Below, piece after piece: positions 9,085-19,867 of a DNA stretch of 64,000 nucleotides. This DNA is from a virus (lineage: Duplodnaviria > Caudoviricetes). The first letter of the stretch is position 1; each line of letters starts with the position of its first letter. The position numbers were made by a program, and so were the translations under genes. Under the pieces are notes generated by a model, which was not told the DNA's origin, ran no database searches, and saw nothing but the letters and a program-made list of their open reading frames with translations. The stretch is taken from the IMG/VR virus record IMGVR_UViG_3300012940_000024, positions 19,838 through 83,837 of that record. The stretch is one strand, 5' to 3'.

Positions 9085-12000
9085 TAAATTTTCACTCCTT
9101 TTCTCTCTAGCCCTTTGATAATTTCATTGACAAAATTTTCAGCTTCTTTTGCTTGTCCTTCCATTTTTTCAATATTAAAATTGATATTAATTTGTTGATT
9201 TGTATTCGTATTATTGTAAGTGTTAGCTGGAATATTATTTGGATTAAAACCAATTAAAGGATTGGCTATAGGCATATTGTTAATTGTTTCTCCTGTAATT
9301 CTTCCGGCAATCGAACTATAATCACGATTAAATGCTATATCTTGGTCAGTAAGTGAAGTAGCTATACCATATAATCCTGTTTGTAATTGTTCAAATTTAT
9401 CAATAATGTTTTGGGAAATAGCTTCTCCTATTAATTCAGAATTAAGTGCCACATTTTCTTGGAATTGATCAATGGTTGCCATCATTGTTGCAGTATTTCC
9501 AGCTAATAAATCTTCTCTGATTTTTGCGAATGTTCTTTCATTTTCAATTAGATTTTCCCATTTTCTTTCAACCTGTTTAGAATGTTCTTCAAGAGAATCC
9601 ATCATTTTATCATAGCGTTCTTCTTCTGATTCAGTAATTTGTTTTGTTTCTTCTTGCCTAGCTTTTAATTCATCTTCTAATGTTTTTTTTCTTTCCTCTA
9701 ATTGTTTTTGTCTTTGAGTTTCAGCAATTTCTTCTGTAATATCTTGTAATTCTTTTTCAATTTGTCGTTTTCTTTGTTGACCTTGTTGAGAAGTATCTAA
9801 TGAAAGTAATCCAATTTGTTCGATTAATTCCTGTCTTGTTCTTTGCTTTTCAGCTAGTTCTTTTTCATATTGTCTTTTATCTTCTAATTCATCTAGTTTA
9901 TCTAATTGTTCATCAATATTTTTTTCAAAAGCTTCTAAATCTTTTTCATACATTTCTATACGTTTATCATATGCATCTTCCAATGCATCCATTTGTTTTT
10001 CAATGGCTTCTAATTCAAGATCTTCCATTTCTTCATAATAATCTTTCATTGCATCTATAAGTTCATCTATTGCTTCTTCATGTCTCTCTAATTGTTCTCT
10101 TTGGGAATCTTCTATTGCTTCATTAAGTTCTTTTTGCTTTTCAGTCAATTCTGCAATTGAATCTTTCCATGCTTCGTATAATTCCGGAAAATTTCTAACT
10201 GCATTTTCTTCTGCTTTTAATTGTTTTAAATAAACTTCATTGGCACGAATTTGTTTTTCATATTCTCTTCTAATTTGCTGTTGAGCGATAGTGAATTTTT
10301 GTAAATCATTATCAGAAAAATCATTCATTTTTCGTTCTATATCAGCGATTCTTCTATCAGATTCTTCCATGCCTGTTTCATAAAGATTTAAAATTTGATC
10401 TACTCTTGATTGAGCAATTGACTTTTGTAATTCATATATTTCTTTTTGTTGTTCAATATATTTTTTTTGTTGCTCGTCAATCATATCGTAAATTTCATCA
10501 GTTAATTTTTCGTTTAAAGCTAATTCAGCGTTGGTTAATTCTTGATTTAAATAAGCTATACTTTGAGCATTGGCATCTGCTTGTGATTGAAGTAGCTTTA
10601 ATCTTGCTTCTCGGTTATATCTAAATTCTTTGGATTGCTGATCTAGTTTTGAAGCGAGAAATTCATTTTCAACCAAATCAACTTCCATCTTTTTTGATTC
10701 ACGTTCTAATCGTGCAACTTCACTAGATATTAGTTCCTGTAATGTTTTAAAATAATTTTCACGAACTGAGACTCTTTCTTGTAATAATTGTGCCCTTTCA
10801 TCTTTTGCTTGATCAATGGCTTGCTGTCCTTTAGCATCTAAAGTATTAGCAATATTAATTCCTAATTTTGACCATGTTTGTCTACCGACAATACCATCTA
10901 CAGCAATACCAACTTTTTTCTGAAATTCTCTTACAGCACGTTCTGTTTCTTTGCCAAAAATACCATCAGCAGAAATACCCAAAGCTTTTTGTAATTCTTT
11001 TACTTCATTTCCTCTACTACCTACTCTTAAAGTTTTTGCAGTAACTCCTGTTCCTAAAATCTCCGATCCTTTTTCTACTAATCCTGTTTGTTGGATTCTT
11101 CCACTAGCAATTTGAGCATCTAAGCTGGCAGTTTCTTTATCAATAGCTTTTATTTTTTCATTTATAAGTCTTGCTTCTTCTTTTAATCCTTTTTGATATT
11201 CTTTAGAATATTCTGGGTAATCTAACATCAAATTTTGATTTTTGGCAATTTCTTCATTTAATCTTCTCATGGTTTCTTTATATTCATCAGTTATCCAAAC
11301 CATTTCTTTTGTTTCTTTTTGACTTTTATTTCCACCAGCATCTTTTTTTAATGGTGCTTCGGTTTTTTGAATATTGGCAGATAAATCTATATTTTTTAGT
11401 GCTTGAATGTTTGCTAATTCTCTTTCCAGTTCTTGTTTTGCTGACTTCGCTTGTCCTCTTGCGATAACTGTATAACTTTTTACACGTTGAGCAATATAAG
11501 TACCCCAATCTAAAGATTTGACACTCTTTTCACTGATACCCTGTGCTATTAAATTTTGTTGATAGGCAAGTGCATCCGCCGCCGCCATTTGGTGTCCAAT
11601 GATTTCAGCACTTGTTTTTGAAGCATTAATATAAGCTGAATCAAGAAATTGTAATGTTTTCACTTGAACTTCTGCACCTTTAAGAAATGCATTTACTGTT
11701 TCAAGTTGTGCTTTTATTTTGGCTTCTTCTGCTGACAATTTAACTTTTGCACTTTCTTCTTCTTTATCTGCTACTCTTTGTAATGCTTCTTCTTCAATGG
11801 TTAATACATTATTACGTGTACTAATAGCATCCGATAATTCCGGATACATAGATGTTAATTGTGAAACTTGACTTATTGTTAAGCTTTCACCAGCATTTAC
11901 CGTTTGAATTGCTTGTGCAAGAATAATTGCATTTTTTTCATATTCAGCCATAATATTATTACGTTCCATAGCAACCATGTTCGCTAAAGATTGTTCTTGT

Positions 12001-15000
12001 GTTTGAGTTGCTGTTTTAGCCCCTACATCAGCAAGTAAGGTACTTTGATTCGCTAAAAAATAATTAAATAATTGTGCTATATCTTTATTTAAACCTGTTT
12101 GATTAGCCAAGCTTTGTAAAGCTGATGTAGCAAGATTAGATCCATTTACAAGATCATCAAATTTTATTCCTTCACCTGCTATTGAAGATAATGCTTCTTT
12201 TACATTGTCTTTATAATTTTCTAAAAAACTTACATCTATCTGTTTTTTTGAAATGGCTTCAAATAATGCTTCATTTAATATTTCAGCAAATTGACCAGCA
12301 CTACTTTCAACATCTATATTTCTTTCACTTAAAGCATCACTAAATTGTTGTTCAAAATCAATACCTAGTTCTTCAATTCTAGTTTGAATTTCTTCATCAA
12401 ATGATTCAATAGTCCTACCTAAATCATCTCTGCCTTTATTTATATTTGCGACTAAACGATCTACTGCTTCATTAATTCCTTCCCGTTCCGGAGTCCAAAC
12501 ATCTAATGCAGTTGTAGCTTGTGTATATAAATTTTCTGATATTTGACCACGATCATACATTGATTTGATTGATTTTTTTACATTGTCTATTTCAGCTTTT
12601 AATGCTGAATTTTTTTCTTTAAATTTAGCTATATCAGTATCCTTAATAATGTCTCTAATTATATTTACACCTTGAACATCTTTTTCTATAGCCTTCAAAC
12701 GCTCTTTCGCTTTTTCAGCTTCGTTAACAACACCTTGTAATTTTTGAGCCGGAGTTCCAATATTAAAGCCTTCTAATATTTCTTCACCATAATCAGACTG
12801 ACCAATCCAACTAAAAGCTTTTCCTATTCCTGCTTTTCCAAAAGCTTTGTCAGTTTGCTCTTGTGCAATTTTTTCGGAAGTTAATCTCAATTCTTCCCTT
12901 TTTTGTTCATTTAACTCTTTTAAAGTTTCTGCTGATTTTAAATGAGCATTTCCTTGTTCATCGTAATAAGCTACAAATTCATTTCCAAAACTTAACAATT
13001 CTTTTTGTAATTCTGTATATTCTTCTAATTCTTTACTTCCTTGTGTTAAATATCCAGCTTGATCTAAATTTTCTAATTGTGAATATCTTTCAATATCAAA
13101 TTCGTCTAATTGATTTAATACTTTAGACTGTGCATCATATTCTTCTTTTAATTTTTCAATACGCTCATCACTAGTTTCAATTAATTCATCTAATGCATAG
13201 ACAACACCATTTATAGCTGTTCCAACAAGAAAACCAACTACACTCATTTTTAACATTGTTCCAATGGCTAGTCCTGCGGATTTAGCCATACTTCCTACTC
13301 TTTTTAAACCAGTTCCCATTGATACAACTTGTGCATTAAATCTTCCTGCTTCGGTAGTATTAGATCTAAAGGCATTAAATAAATCTTTTTTAAAAATTCC
13401 GGCAATAGGTAATAAAAGACCAGCAAGAGTTCCTACTGATCCAAAAGTATCTATAAACTTTGTTAGTGCTTGAACAGCAGATGTTATCGCACTAATAAAG
13501 CCTTTCATTGTATCATTATCCCAAAAAGTGAGCCAAAATTCTTCAAGTGAAGCCTTTAATTCATCAACTCTATATACTAAAGATTCTTGATATTTTGAAA
13601 ATTCTCGATCCATACTACCCATACTTGTTTCTGCGGTTTTAAGGGCATTTTGGGCATCTTCCCAATTTCCTAACATAGCACTAACTACTGTACCTTGATG
13701 TTTACCACCAATAGCTTCAACTAATCCTGCTCGTTGAATATCAGTTAGGCTATCCCAAACTCCTGCTAATTCTTCAAAAATTTGATAGGTAGATTTAAAT
13801 GTAGTTGCATCTTTCATTAATTCTAAGCCAATATCATTAAACGCTTTTTTTAGTTCCGGTACTGCTCCTGTAAGTTTACCTGTTTCTTCATCTACACCTC
13901 TTAATCTCATTGAAATGGTTTTCATTGCAGTACCAACACGTTTTTCATCTTGAATTACTTTGTTGGCAGAAGCGATCATAGCTACTGATTGTTCTACATT
14001 ATTTCCGGCTTCGGCTAAAACTGCTGATGATCTTTTTAATGCTTCACCAATTCCACTAGAAGTTACAGCAAAATTGTTTCCAACTTCGTTGAAAATATCA
14101 GCATATCTTCTTGATTCTTCTACTGCATTTTTTTCATCAACACCAAAACCAGCTAATGCAGATGTTAAGAAATTTGAAGCATCTTCAACATTCATATCAC
14201 CAACATTGGCATATTTTAAAGCAGTTTCACCTAATGCTCTTGATTCTTGGAATGTGTAGCCTAATTTTTGCATCTCTGTTACTGCTCGAATAACTTCGGC
14301 TGTTGTAACACCTAATTCTTGCCCCATTTGAGAAGCTTCGATCCTAAAATTTTCAACTGCTTCTGTAGTCGCATCTGTTACTTTTGCTAAATCTGTTAAT
14401 GCTTCATCAATTTCATAAATACTTCTAAATCCTTCACTAGCTAATTCTAATATTTCATAGGTCATTCCGAACGTTGCTAGATAAGTGGGCACTCTTCGCA
14501 TTGAAGCTGACATTTGTTCCCAAATAGTTTGTTGTTGGACTAATCGAGTTTGTTGAACACCCATGTCATACATTGATCTTGTAGCCTGATCCAATGCAAC
14601 TGCATAACGAGTAATTTCACCTCTAGCATCTCTATGATCATATGTTAGACGGGTAGTTGTTCCATGTACTGAATCATAAGTATGATTCAATCTAATTAAT
14701 TCATCATTAACATTCTCAATTCCACGCTGTTGTTCAAGATAAGCCTTTGCCAATGCTCTCATTTCATCTTCACGTTCTAAATGAGATCGAGAAGAGTCAA
14801 ATACTCTATCTATTCTTTCCGGTTCTAAGGGAACATCTCTTATGCTTTCAACTCTATCCCCACGTATCCTAACATCTTCTTTTCTTCTTTGTGCTTCAAT
14901 ATCATTATTAATTTTTCTTTGCTGTGCTTCACGTTTCAATTCATTAATTAAGGCTTGAACGTTTTGAATTTCCTTTCGACTTTCTTCATTTCCTTGTCTT

Positions 15001-16232
15001 TTTAATTGATTTATTTTTGTCTGTAAATTTTCTAATTCTTTGGTGAAATGATTCAAATCATCACTTGCATTTAAATTTTTAAAAGTCTTTTGAAAGCTAA
15101 GACCTAAATTTTTAGCCTTATCATCTAAGCTTTGTAATTTTTTATCAAACTGTCCGACTTGATTTAATTCTTTTTCAATCTCTTTAAGTGAAGCAGTAAC
15201 TTGTTTATTCGTATCTGTATATTTTAAATTTTCATCAATCATTTTCCTAATATGTTTGGTATCAAAACCCATACCAGCAAGTTCAGCTTCACGTTTTCTT
15301 AATTCCGGTAATTTTTCAACAATTTTCTGATAATTTTTTTCATGTTGAATAGCTTCTTTGATTTTTTTATTTGCACTATCTAATTGTTGATTATATCTTT
15401 TAAGTGTATCTTCACTTTTATCACTTGCAACAATAACATTACTTTTATTTAAATCTTTTCTTGCTTCTTCGTATTCCCTAATAATGCCTTTATCTACTTT
15501 GTTTGCTTTTAATTCTTGAATTTTTTTATCTATTTCGGCTTGTTTTTCTAAGGCTTGAAGTCTAATTTTTTCTTTTGTTAATAAAGTATCTGTTAGATCG
15601 TTTAATTCTTTTCTTTGTTTGGTAGTTAGTCCTTCTTCTGTATTAGCTTTTGCTAACAATTTCATAAATTGAGTTTTTTGAGCAGATCTTTTAATTTCAA
15701 GTTGAGAAATAAGGTCTTGCACTTCTTTGTATCTTTCAGCTTCTTGTCTTATTTTTTTTGTATTTTCTAGATCTTTTCTACCAATTACTTCTCCTTCTGA
15801 GCCAAAAGACATTTTTGTTTGGTACTTGTCATCACCATAAACTCTTGTTTGACCAACTACATTACCACCAGCATCATATTTGGTTTCTTTTTTTAATAAA
15901 TCATCTGCTTCCATTTTTTTTAATTTTTCGTTATTTTTTATAGCATCTTCATATTGTTTTGCTTGCAGTTTCGCAATTTCTTCTCTTTTCTTCTGTTCTT
16001 TTTCTAACCTTTTTAATGTATCCTTATTGAGATCTTCCATTTTTTTGTTGAGCATATCTATGTTTTGTGCCAACTTACTTAACTGTTCAACAAAATTTCC
16101 TTCATCAATAATCTTAATTTTTATTTCTTTGACAGAATTTTTAATTTTTTCAATTTTTTCTGTAATATTTTTATAACTACTATCATCTAAATCAGCAGTT
16201 AAAATAATCTTTAAAGCATCATCCATTGCCAA
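9084..16232 (-). CDS. Tail tape measure protein (2382 aa) with TP901-type TMP core and an internal peptidoglycan-binding domain
   Basis: Coiled-coil-rich, with core IDEALTDLAKVTD...FAVTSSGIGEALKRSSAVL...VGTAMKTISMRLRG. PG_binding_1-like LRVGSRGNEVKELQKALG..DGIFGKETERAVREFQ..VDGIVGRQTW at ~10863-11032. Confidence 0.9.
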   Translation of the reverse strand: MAMDDALKIILTADLDDSSYKNITEKIEKIKNSVKEIKIKIIDEGNFVEQLSKLAQNIDMLNKKMEDLNKDTLKRLEKEQKKREEIAKLQAKQYEDAIKNNEKLKKMEADDLLKKETKYDAGGNVVGQTRVYGDDKYQTKMSFGSEGEVIGRKDLENTKKIRQEAERYKEVQDLISQLEIKRSAQKTQFMKLLAKANTEEGLTTKQRKELNDLTDTLLTKEKIRLQALEKQAEIDKKIQELKANKVDKGIIREYEEARKDLNKSNVIVASDKSEDTLKRYNQQLDSANKKIKEAIQHEKNYQKIVEKLPELRKREAELAGMGFDTKHIRKMIDENLKYTDTNKQVTASLKEIEKELNQVGQFDKKLQSLDDKAKNLGLSFQKTFKNLNASDDLNHFTKELENLQTKINQLKRQGNEESRKEIQNVQALINELKREAQQRKINNDIEAQRRKEDVRIRGDRVESIRDVPLEPERIDRVFDSSRSHLEREDEMRALAKAYLEQQRGIENVNDELIRLNHTYDSVHGTTTRLTYDHRDARGEITRYAVALDQATRSMYDMGVQQTRLVQQQTIWEQMSASMRRVPTYLATFGMTYEILELASEGFRSIYEIDEALTDLAKVTDATTEAVENFRIEASQMGQELGVTTAEVIRAVTEMQKLGYTFQESRALGETALKYANVGDMNVEDASNFLTSALAGFGVDEKNAVEESRRYADIFNEVGNNFAVTSSGIGEALKRSSAVLAEAGNNVEQSVAMIASANKVIQDEKRVGTAMKTISMRLRGVDEETGKLTGAVPELKKAFNDIGLELMKDATTFKSTYQIFEELAGVWDSLTDIQRAGLVEAIGGKHQGTVVSAMLGNWEDAQNALKTAETSMGSMDREFSKYQESLVYRVDELKASLEEFWLTFWDNDTMKGFISAITSAVQALTKFIDTFGSVGTLAGLLLPIAGIFKKDLFNAFRSNTTEAGRFNAQVVSMGTGLKRVGSMAKSAGLAIGTMLKMSVVGFLVGTAINGVVYALDELIETSDERIEKLKEEYDAQSKVLNQLDEFDIERYSQLENLDQAGYLTQGSKELEEYTELQKELLSFGNEFVAYYDEQGNAHLKSAETLKELNEQKREELRLTSEKIAQEQTDKAFGKAGIGKAFSWIGQSDYGEEILEGFNIGTPAQKLQGVVNEAEKAKERLKAIEKDVQGVNIIRDIIKDTDIAKFKEKNSALKAEIDNVKKSIKSMYDRGQISENLYTQATTALDVWTPEREGINEAVDRLVANINKGRDDLGRTIESFDEEIQTRIEELGIDFEQQFSDALSERNIDVESSAGQFAEILNEALFEAISKKQIDVSFLENYKDNVKEALSSIAGEGIKFDDLVNGSNLATSALQSLANQTGLNKDIAQLFNYFLANQSTLLADVGAKTATQTQEQSLANMVAMERNNIMAEYEKNAIILAQAIQTVNAGESLTISQVSQLTSMYPELSDAISTRNNVLTIEEEALQRVADKEEESAKVKLSAEEAKIKAQLETVNAFLKGAEVQVKTLQFLDSAYINASKTSAEIIGHQMAAADALAYQQNLIAQGISEKSVKSLDWGTYIAQRVKSYTVIARGQAKSAKQELERELANIQALKNIDLSANIQKTEAPLKKDAGGNKSQKETKEMVWITDEYKETMRRLNEEIAKNQNLMLDYPEYSKEYQKGLKEEARLINEKIKAIDKETASLDAQIASGRIQQTGLVEKGSEILGTGVTAKTLRVGSRGNEVKELQKALGISADGIFGKETERAVREFQKKVGIAVDGIVGRQTWSKLGINIANTLDAKGQQAIDQAKDERAQLLQERVSVRENYFKTLQELISSEVARLERESKKMEVDLVENEFLASKLDQQSKEFRYNREARLKLLQSQADANAQSIAYLNQELTNAELALNEKLTDEIYDMIDEQQKKYIEQQKEIYELQKSIAQSRVDQILNLYETGMEESDRRIADIERKMNDFSDNDLQKFTIAQQQIRREYEKQIRANEVYLKQLKAEENAVRNFPELYEAWKDSIAELTEKQKELNEAIEDSQREQLERHEEAIDELIDAMKDYYEEMEDLELEAIEKQMDALEDAYDKRIEMYEKDLEAFEKNIDEQLDKLDELEDKRQYEKELAEKQRTRQELIEQIGLLSLDTSQQGQQRKRQIEKELQDITEEIAETQRQKQLEERKKTLEDELKARQEETKQITESEEERYDKMMDSLEEHSKQVERKWENLIENERTFAKIREDLLAGNTATMMATIDQFQENVALNSELIGEAISQNIIDKFEQLQTGLYGIATSLTDQDIAFNRDYSSIAGRITGETINNMPIANPLIGFNPNNIPANTYNNTNTNQQININFNIEKMEGQAKEAENFVNEIIKGLERKGVKI

Positions 16233-16251
16233 TGAAATTCACTCCTTTACT

Positions 16252-16279
16252 AAAAAAGGCTAGTGAATTTTCACTAGCC
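16252..16279 (-). terminator. Intrinsic terminator-like hairpin just upstream of the tape measure gene
   Basis: Minus strand GGCTAGTGAAAATTCACTAGCC followed by TTTTTT. Confidence 0.65.
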
Positions 16280-16710
16280 TAAAGAATAGTTGTTTCATTT
16301 ACTTCTTCCAAAATTTCACAATAACGCTCAAATATTAATGCTTCCTTTCCACTAAATTCTTTATCACAATTTAGAACAAAATTAGTAACAGCAGAAAACA
16401 TAGGCTCATTAGCTTCATCATTTGATATAATAAATTCTTCACTCATTAATTTTTCATATTCACTTTGAAAAGTGGAAACATCATCAATGTCATAATACTT
16501 TTTACCATTTCTTTCTACTGTCCGGAAATTACCATCTCCATCTTTTTTGCAAAATTCATTTAATAAATCAGTGTGTTCTTGTTGAACTAGTTTTAAATGA
16601 TCTTGTAATTTCCTTACTAACCTGTTTCTCATTCGATTTTCCGTACCTTTTAATTTAAAAGAGAGTAGAAATGTGGCAAATTCTTCAATTTCTCCATTTT
16701 TGATTTTCAT
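16279..16710 (-). CDS. Phage hypothetical protein (DUF1617-like)
   Basis: GGAGG RBS. Composition and size recall DUF1617-type phage proteins. Confidence 0.6.
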   Translation of the reverse strand: MKIKNGEIEEFATFLLSFKLKGTENRMRNRLVRKLQDHLKLVQQEHTDLLNEFCKKDGDGNFRTVERNGKKYYDIDDVSTFQSEYEKLMSEEFIISNDEANEPMFSAVTNFVLNCDKEFSGKEALIFERYCEILEEVNETTIL

Positions 16711-16785
16711 GTTTACTACCTCCTTTTTGTCCTTTATATTGTTAACAGCAAACTTATTTTTATGTAATAAGATTGCGAAAATCTT

Positions 16786-17780
16786 TTATATTTCAAAATT
16801 TCTTTTCTGTTTTTGTAATTTTTTAACATCTTATCGAACATAGTAAATAAGGGTAGTATCAGGTGATTGGTGATTGAGAAGTTTTTGTACATCTTCAAGG
16901 GGCATACCTTTATTAAATAAGATGGAACTGGCAGAATGTCTTAAATCGTGAGCGTGTAAATTTTTACCAATAATTTTTCCGATTTTTTTAATCCAGCTAG
17001 TTTGAATCGTTGTTTTGGAAACTTTTTTCCACCTATTACCATAGCGAGTAATAAAAAGATATTCTGACTCAATCTTTTCTTGTTTTCTTTTTTTGAGAAG
17101 TTCTTTTATTAAGGATAAGGCTAATTCGGAGGGAAATAAATCAACTAAATATCCTTCTTTTTCTAATACTTCTGAAATAATCTCTTTTTCAAAATCAATT
17201 TGATCAATCCGGATATTTGATATAGCATTTACTCTTGCCATAGTTGATATTGATACTTCAAAATAAACTTGTAATTGCAGATCATTTTGTTTTTTTAACT
17301 GTTTACGAATTTCATGTAGTTCTTCCTCAGTTAAAAAATTCTGTACAATTTGTTGCTTTTCACCAGCACGAATTGTAGGTCTTTCTAAATAATCCAATGG
17401 ATTCTCTTTAATCTTTCTTTTTTTCCGTAAATAAAGAAAAAAAGATGAAATTGAAGATAATCTTCTTTGGATTCTTCTTTCATTGTTCCCTAAGAAGGTG
17501 GAACAGAAAGCAATAAAATCCTCCAAAAGATCAACCATTTCTTCAATTCCATCTTTTGAATTTAAAAGCTTGATTATATTTTCTTCATTTATAATTCCAT
17601 TTTGATATTGCTCATAAATAAAATAAAGCCATTGTTTAAAATCATTACTATAAGATTTTTTGTACTTTCAGATAAATTCATATTTTTAAAATTGAAATAC
17701 TTTTTAATCAATTGTTTATTTTCATCTGACACTAATTGATACTTTTCTTCTGTTACATATCTAATGTATTTTCTAGCCAA
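16786..17780 (-). pseudogene. Tyrosine recombinase/integrase (SPbeta YomM-like position) with a frameshift and a premature stop
   Basis: Track ORFs 17589-17780 and 16831-17538 join if one A is added to the A6 run at ~17656-17661 (STKKSYSNDFKQWLYFIYEQ...EEMVDLLE). Motifs ARVNA, HDLRH, LNHQSPDTTLIY. The TAA at 16831-16833 is followed by 14 more in-frame codons (DVKKLQKQKRNFEI) to a stop at 16786. Confidence 0.75.
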
Positions 17781-17807
17781 TTATTATTCACATCCTACAA
17801 CATTCCT

Positions 17808-18311
17808 TTACATTTCAGTATTGATTCCTAAACGTCTTAAACTGTGCTGTAATGCTTTTACATGTGATTTATTCTTTCGTAAGCTTTCTCTTGTGTTAGC
17901 AATAAAAGGTCTTTTGTGATAATATTTATATCTTGGGTGAGGGAAGGTGTAACCTCTATAACCTAATTCTTTTGCTTTTTCATGTCCATATTCAATAACA
18001 GGTGTTAAATATTGATTAGTGTACATTAAATTTCTTTTTGCAATATTATATACTTCAATTGTATTATTCCGTTTAAATTGTACTTTTATGTTATCTTCAT
18101 CCATTAATCCATCATTATGATACCTACGAACATATTTTTTAGGCTTTTCATATGCCATATAAACATCACGTAAAATATGTTTTTTTAGTACATTTTTAAT
18201 TGCTTTCGGTGGTTCATCTTGTATAGCTTTTTTTACTGCTTGTTTTAAAAAATCTTGCAACTTTTTAAAGGAGTTAAATTCTTCCATAGAATCACATTCC
18301 TTTTTCTTCAA
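17808..18311 (-). CDS. Putative tail completion/neck protein
   Basis: Position in the tail module. RPFIANT-like C-terminal motif recalls HK97 gp10-type proteins. Confidence 0.5.
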   Translation of the reverse strand: MKKKECDSMEEFNSFKKLQDFLKQAVKKAIQDEPPKAIKNVLKKHILRDVYMAYEKPKKYVRRYHNDGLMDEDNIKVQFKRNNTIEVYNIAKRNLMYTNQYLTPVIEYGHEKAKELGYRGYTFPHPRYKYYHKRPFIANTRESLRKNKSHVKALQHSLRRLGINTEM

Positions 18312-18819
18312 TAATTTGCTTGATTTTTTCTTTGCTTAATTTATCTGCTTCATTTAATTTTTCAATTTCCTTTGAATTTTTTTCAATGTTCAGTAATATA
18401 TTTTGAGTTGCATGATTTAAATGCAGCATTGCTTTCTCAACTTCTTTCGGTTCAAAATGAGAAAATATTTGAAACAGGATAGTTGTATCGATCATTTTTT
18501 CTAAGATAGCAATTTGCTTTTTAAAATCATTTGGAATATCCAATGAGGAAAAATATTTTATTAACAGCATCATATACCATGATTGAATTAACTCTTCAAT
18601 ATCATTAAAATCTTTAGTGTATTTTTTTAACATATCTAATTTAGACATAAATTCTCGGACACAGGATTTTATTTTATAAGGACTGAATTGCTTGTTAATC
18701 ATCACGTTAGCTTCTTCTATACCATTTTTCGTATAAATATTTATGGTTATTTCTTCTTCTTGATCATATTGATCCGCAACTTCTTCAATAAAATCAACCG
18801 TAAGTTTTTTTTCTTCCAT
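18292..18819 (-). CDS. Phage hypothetical protein, possible tail assembly chaperone
   Basis: RBS present. Lies between tail tube and tape measure genes. Confidence 0.5.
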   Translation of the reverse strand: MEEKKLTVDFIEEVADQYDQEEEITINIYTKNGIEEANVMINKQFSPYKIKSCVREFMSKLDMLKKYTKDFNDIEELIQSWYMMLLIKYFSSLDIPNDFKKQIAILEKMIDTTILFQIFSHFEPKEVEKAMLHLNHATQNILLNIEKNSKEIEKLNEADKLSKEKIKQIIEEKGM

Positions 18820-18846
18820 TATTATTCTCCTTTTACTCGATTATTT

Positions 18847-19245
18847 TTAAGGCTTGATGATAGGGGATTGTTCTTGCTGAATAGCTTGTTGCATTGCTTG
18901 TTGTTCTTGTTGCTTTTGTTTAATTTCTATAATTTCTTCTTTAGTTAATTTACTAATATCAGCTTTTTCAAGTGGAACTTCCCCACTTTTAACATCACTA
19001 ATTTTTTGAGTTGATTTTACACCGGAATATAAACCACTAGCAGATAATCCATAAATAACACCACTTAATAAAATGTGTTGTAAAGTATGATCTTCACTAA
19101 TAAGAAAAGATACACCTACACCGATTGCCAATGATATAAGAGGACTCCATTTTGCTGAAACACCTACAATTTTAAAACATTGAACAATGGCAACAACTAA
19201 AGGTACAACCCAAAAACTATTTTCTAGTGCAACGGAAAAATCCAT
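18847..19245 (-). CDS. Holin-like membrane protein
   Basis: Three hydrophobic segments, GVIYGLSASGLYSGVK motif typical of small Bacillus phage holins, charged C-terminus. Confidence 0.7.
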   Translation of the reverse strand: MDFSVALENSFWVVPLVVAIVQCFKIVGVSAKWSPLISLAIGVGVSFLISEDHTLQHILLSGVIYGLSASGLYSGVKSTQKISDVKSGEVPLEKADISKLTKEEIIEIKQKQQEQQAMQQAIQQEQSPIIKP

Positions 19246-19247
19246 AT

Positions 19248-19754
19248 TTATTCATGCTCCTTTTTAGTAATATTTACTGATTCATCTACTGGAATGTTTT
19301 CTTTTAGAACATCATCAAATAATACGTCATCTTCTACAACTTTTTTTGTGACTTCTTTTTCATACAATCCATCAGATCTTTTTACAAAATTTTCTTCTTT
19401 TTCGACTTTTAATTCTTCAAAATTATCTTCCTCAAAATCATGAGAAGGTGGAATAGCGTTCGGTGGGAGGGGTTCTTCTTCTCTTATTGGATTTATATCA
19501 GATTGTTTTTCGGCTTCATCTCCATTAAAGCCATCCCAAAAACTTTCATCATGTAATAATTGATTGTTATACAACATGTTATTCATTGGAGGATAAATAT
19601 TTGGAACATCTTCTTTATTTTCAACGTCTACTTTATCTATAAAAAATTTATATATCAGCCAAATCAATAGAAGGATCGCTAAAATAGTTATAATACCTTC
19701 AATTGAAAACACCCAATCAAAAAAGCTTTCATATTTTGTTGAAGCGATATACAT
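19248..19754 (-). CDS. Membrane-anchored acidic hypothetical protein
   Basis: Single N-terminal TM segment (GIITILAILLLIWLIYKFF) followed by a D/E/P-rich tail. Confidence 0.65.
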   Translation of the reverse strand: MYIASTKYESFFDWVFSIEGIITILAILLLIWLIYKFFIDKVDVENKEDVPNIYPPMNNMLYNNQLLHDESFWDGFNGDEAEKQSDINPIREEEPLPPNAIPPSHDFEEDNFEELKVEKEENFVKRSDGLYEKEVTKKVVEDDVLFDDVLKENIPVDESVNITKKEHE

Positions 19755-19814
19755 TTTTTCACCTTCCTTTAAAATGTGAATAAAAGCAAAATTTCATTTA
19801 GATACCAAAAAATA

Positions 19815-19842
19815 AAAAAGGGTAGAAAAATCTACCCTTTTA
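19815..19842. terminator. Terminator-like hairpin after the tail tube gene
   Basis: AAAAAAGGGTAGAAAAATCTACCCTTTT inverted repeat flanked by A/T runs. Confidence 0.65.
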
Positions 19843-19867
19843 ATAATAAAGCATATTTTGTTATTTG

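Noticed and set aside
9800-16176. Short ORFs overlapping the tape measure gene
   Set aside because: Shadow or alternate-frame ORFs of a long biased coding sequence.
16261-16269. TAGTGAATT matches the first 9 nt of the leader-distal spacer
   Set aside because: A 9-nt AT-rich match is expected by chance in 64 kb and it does not extend.
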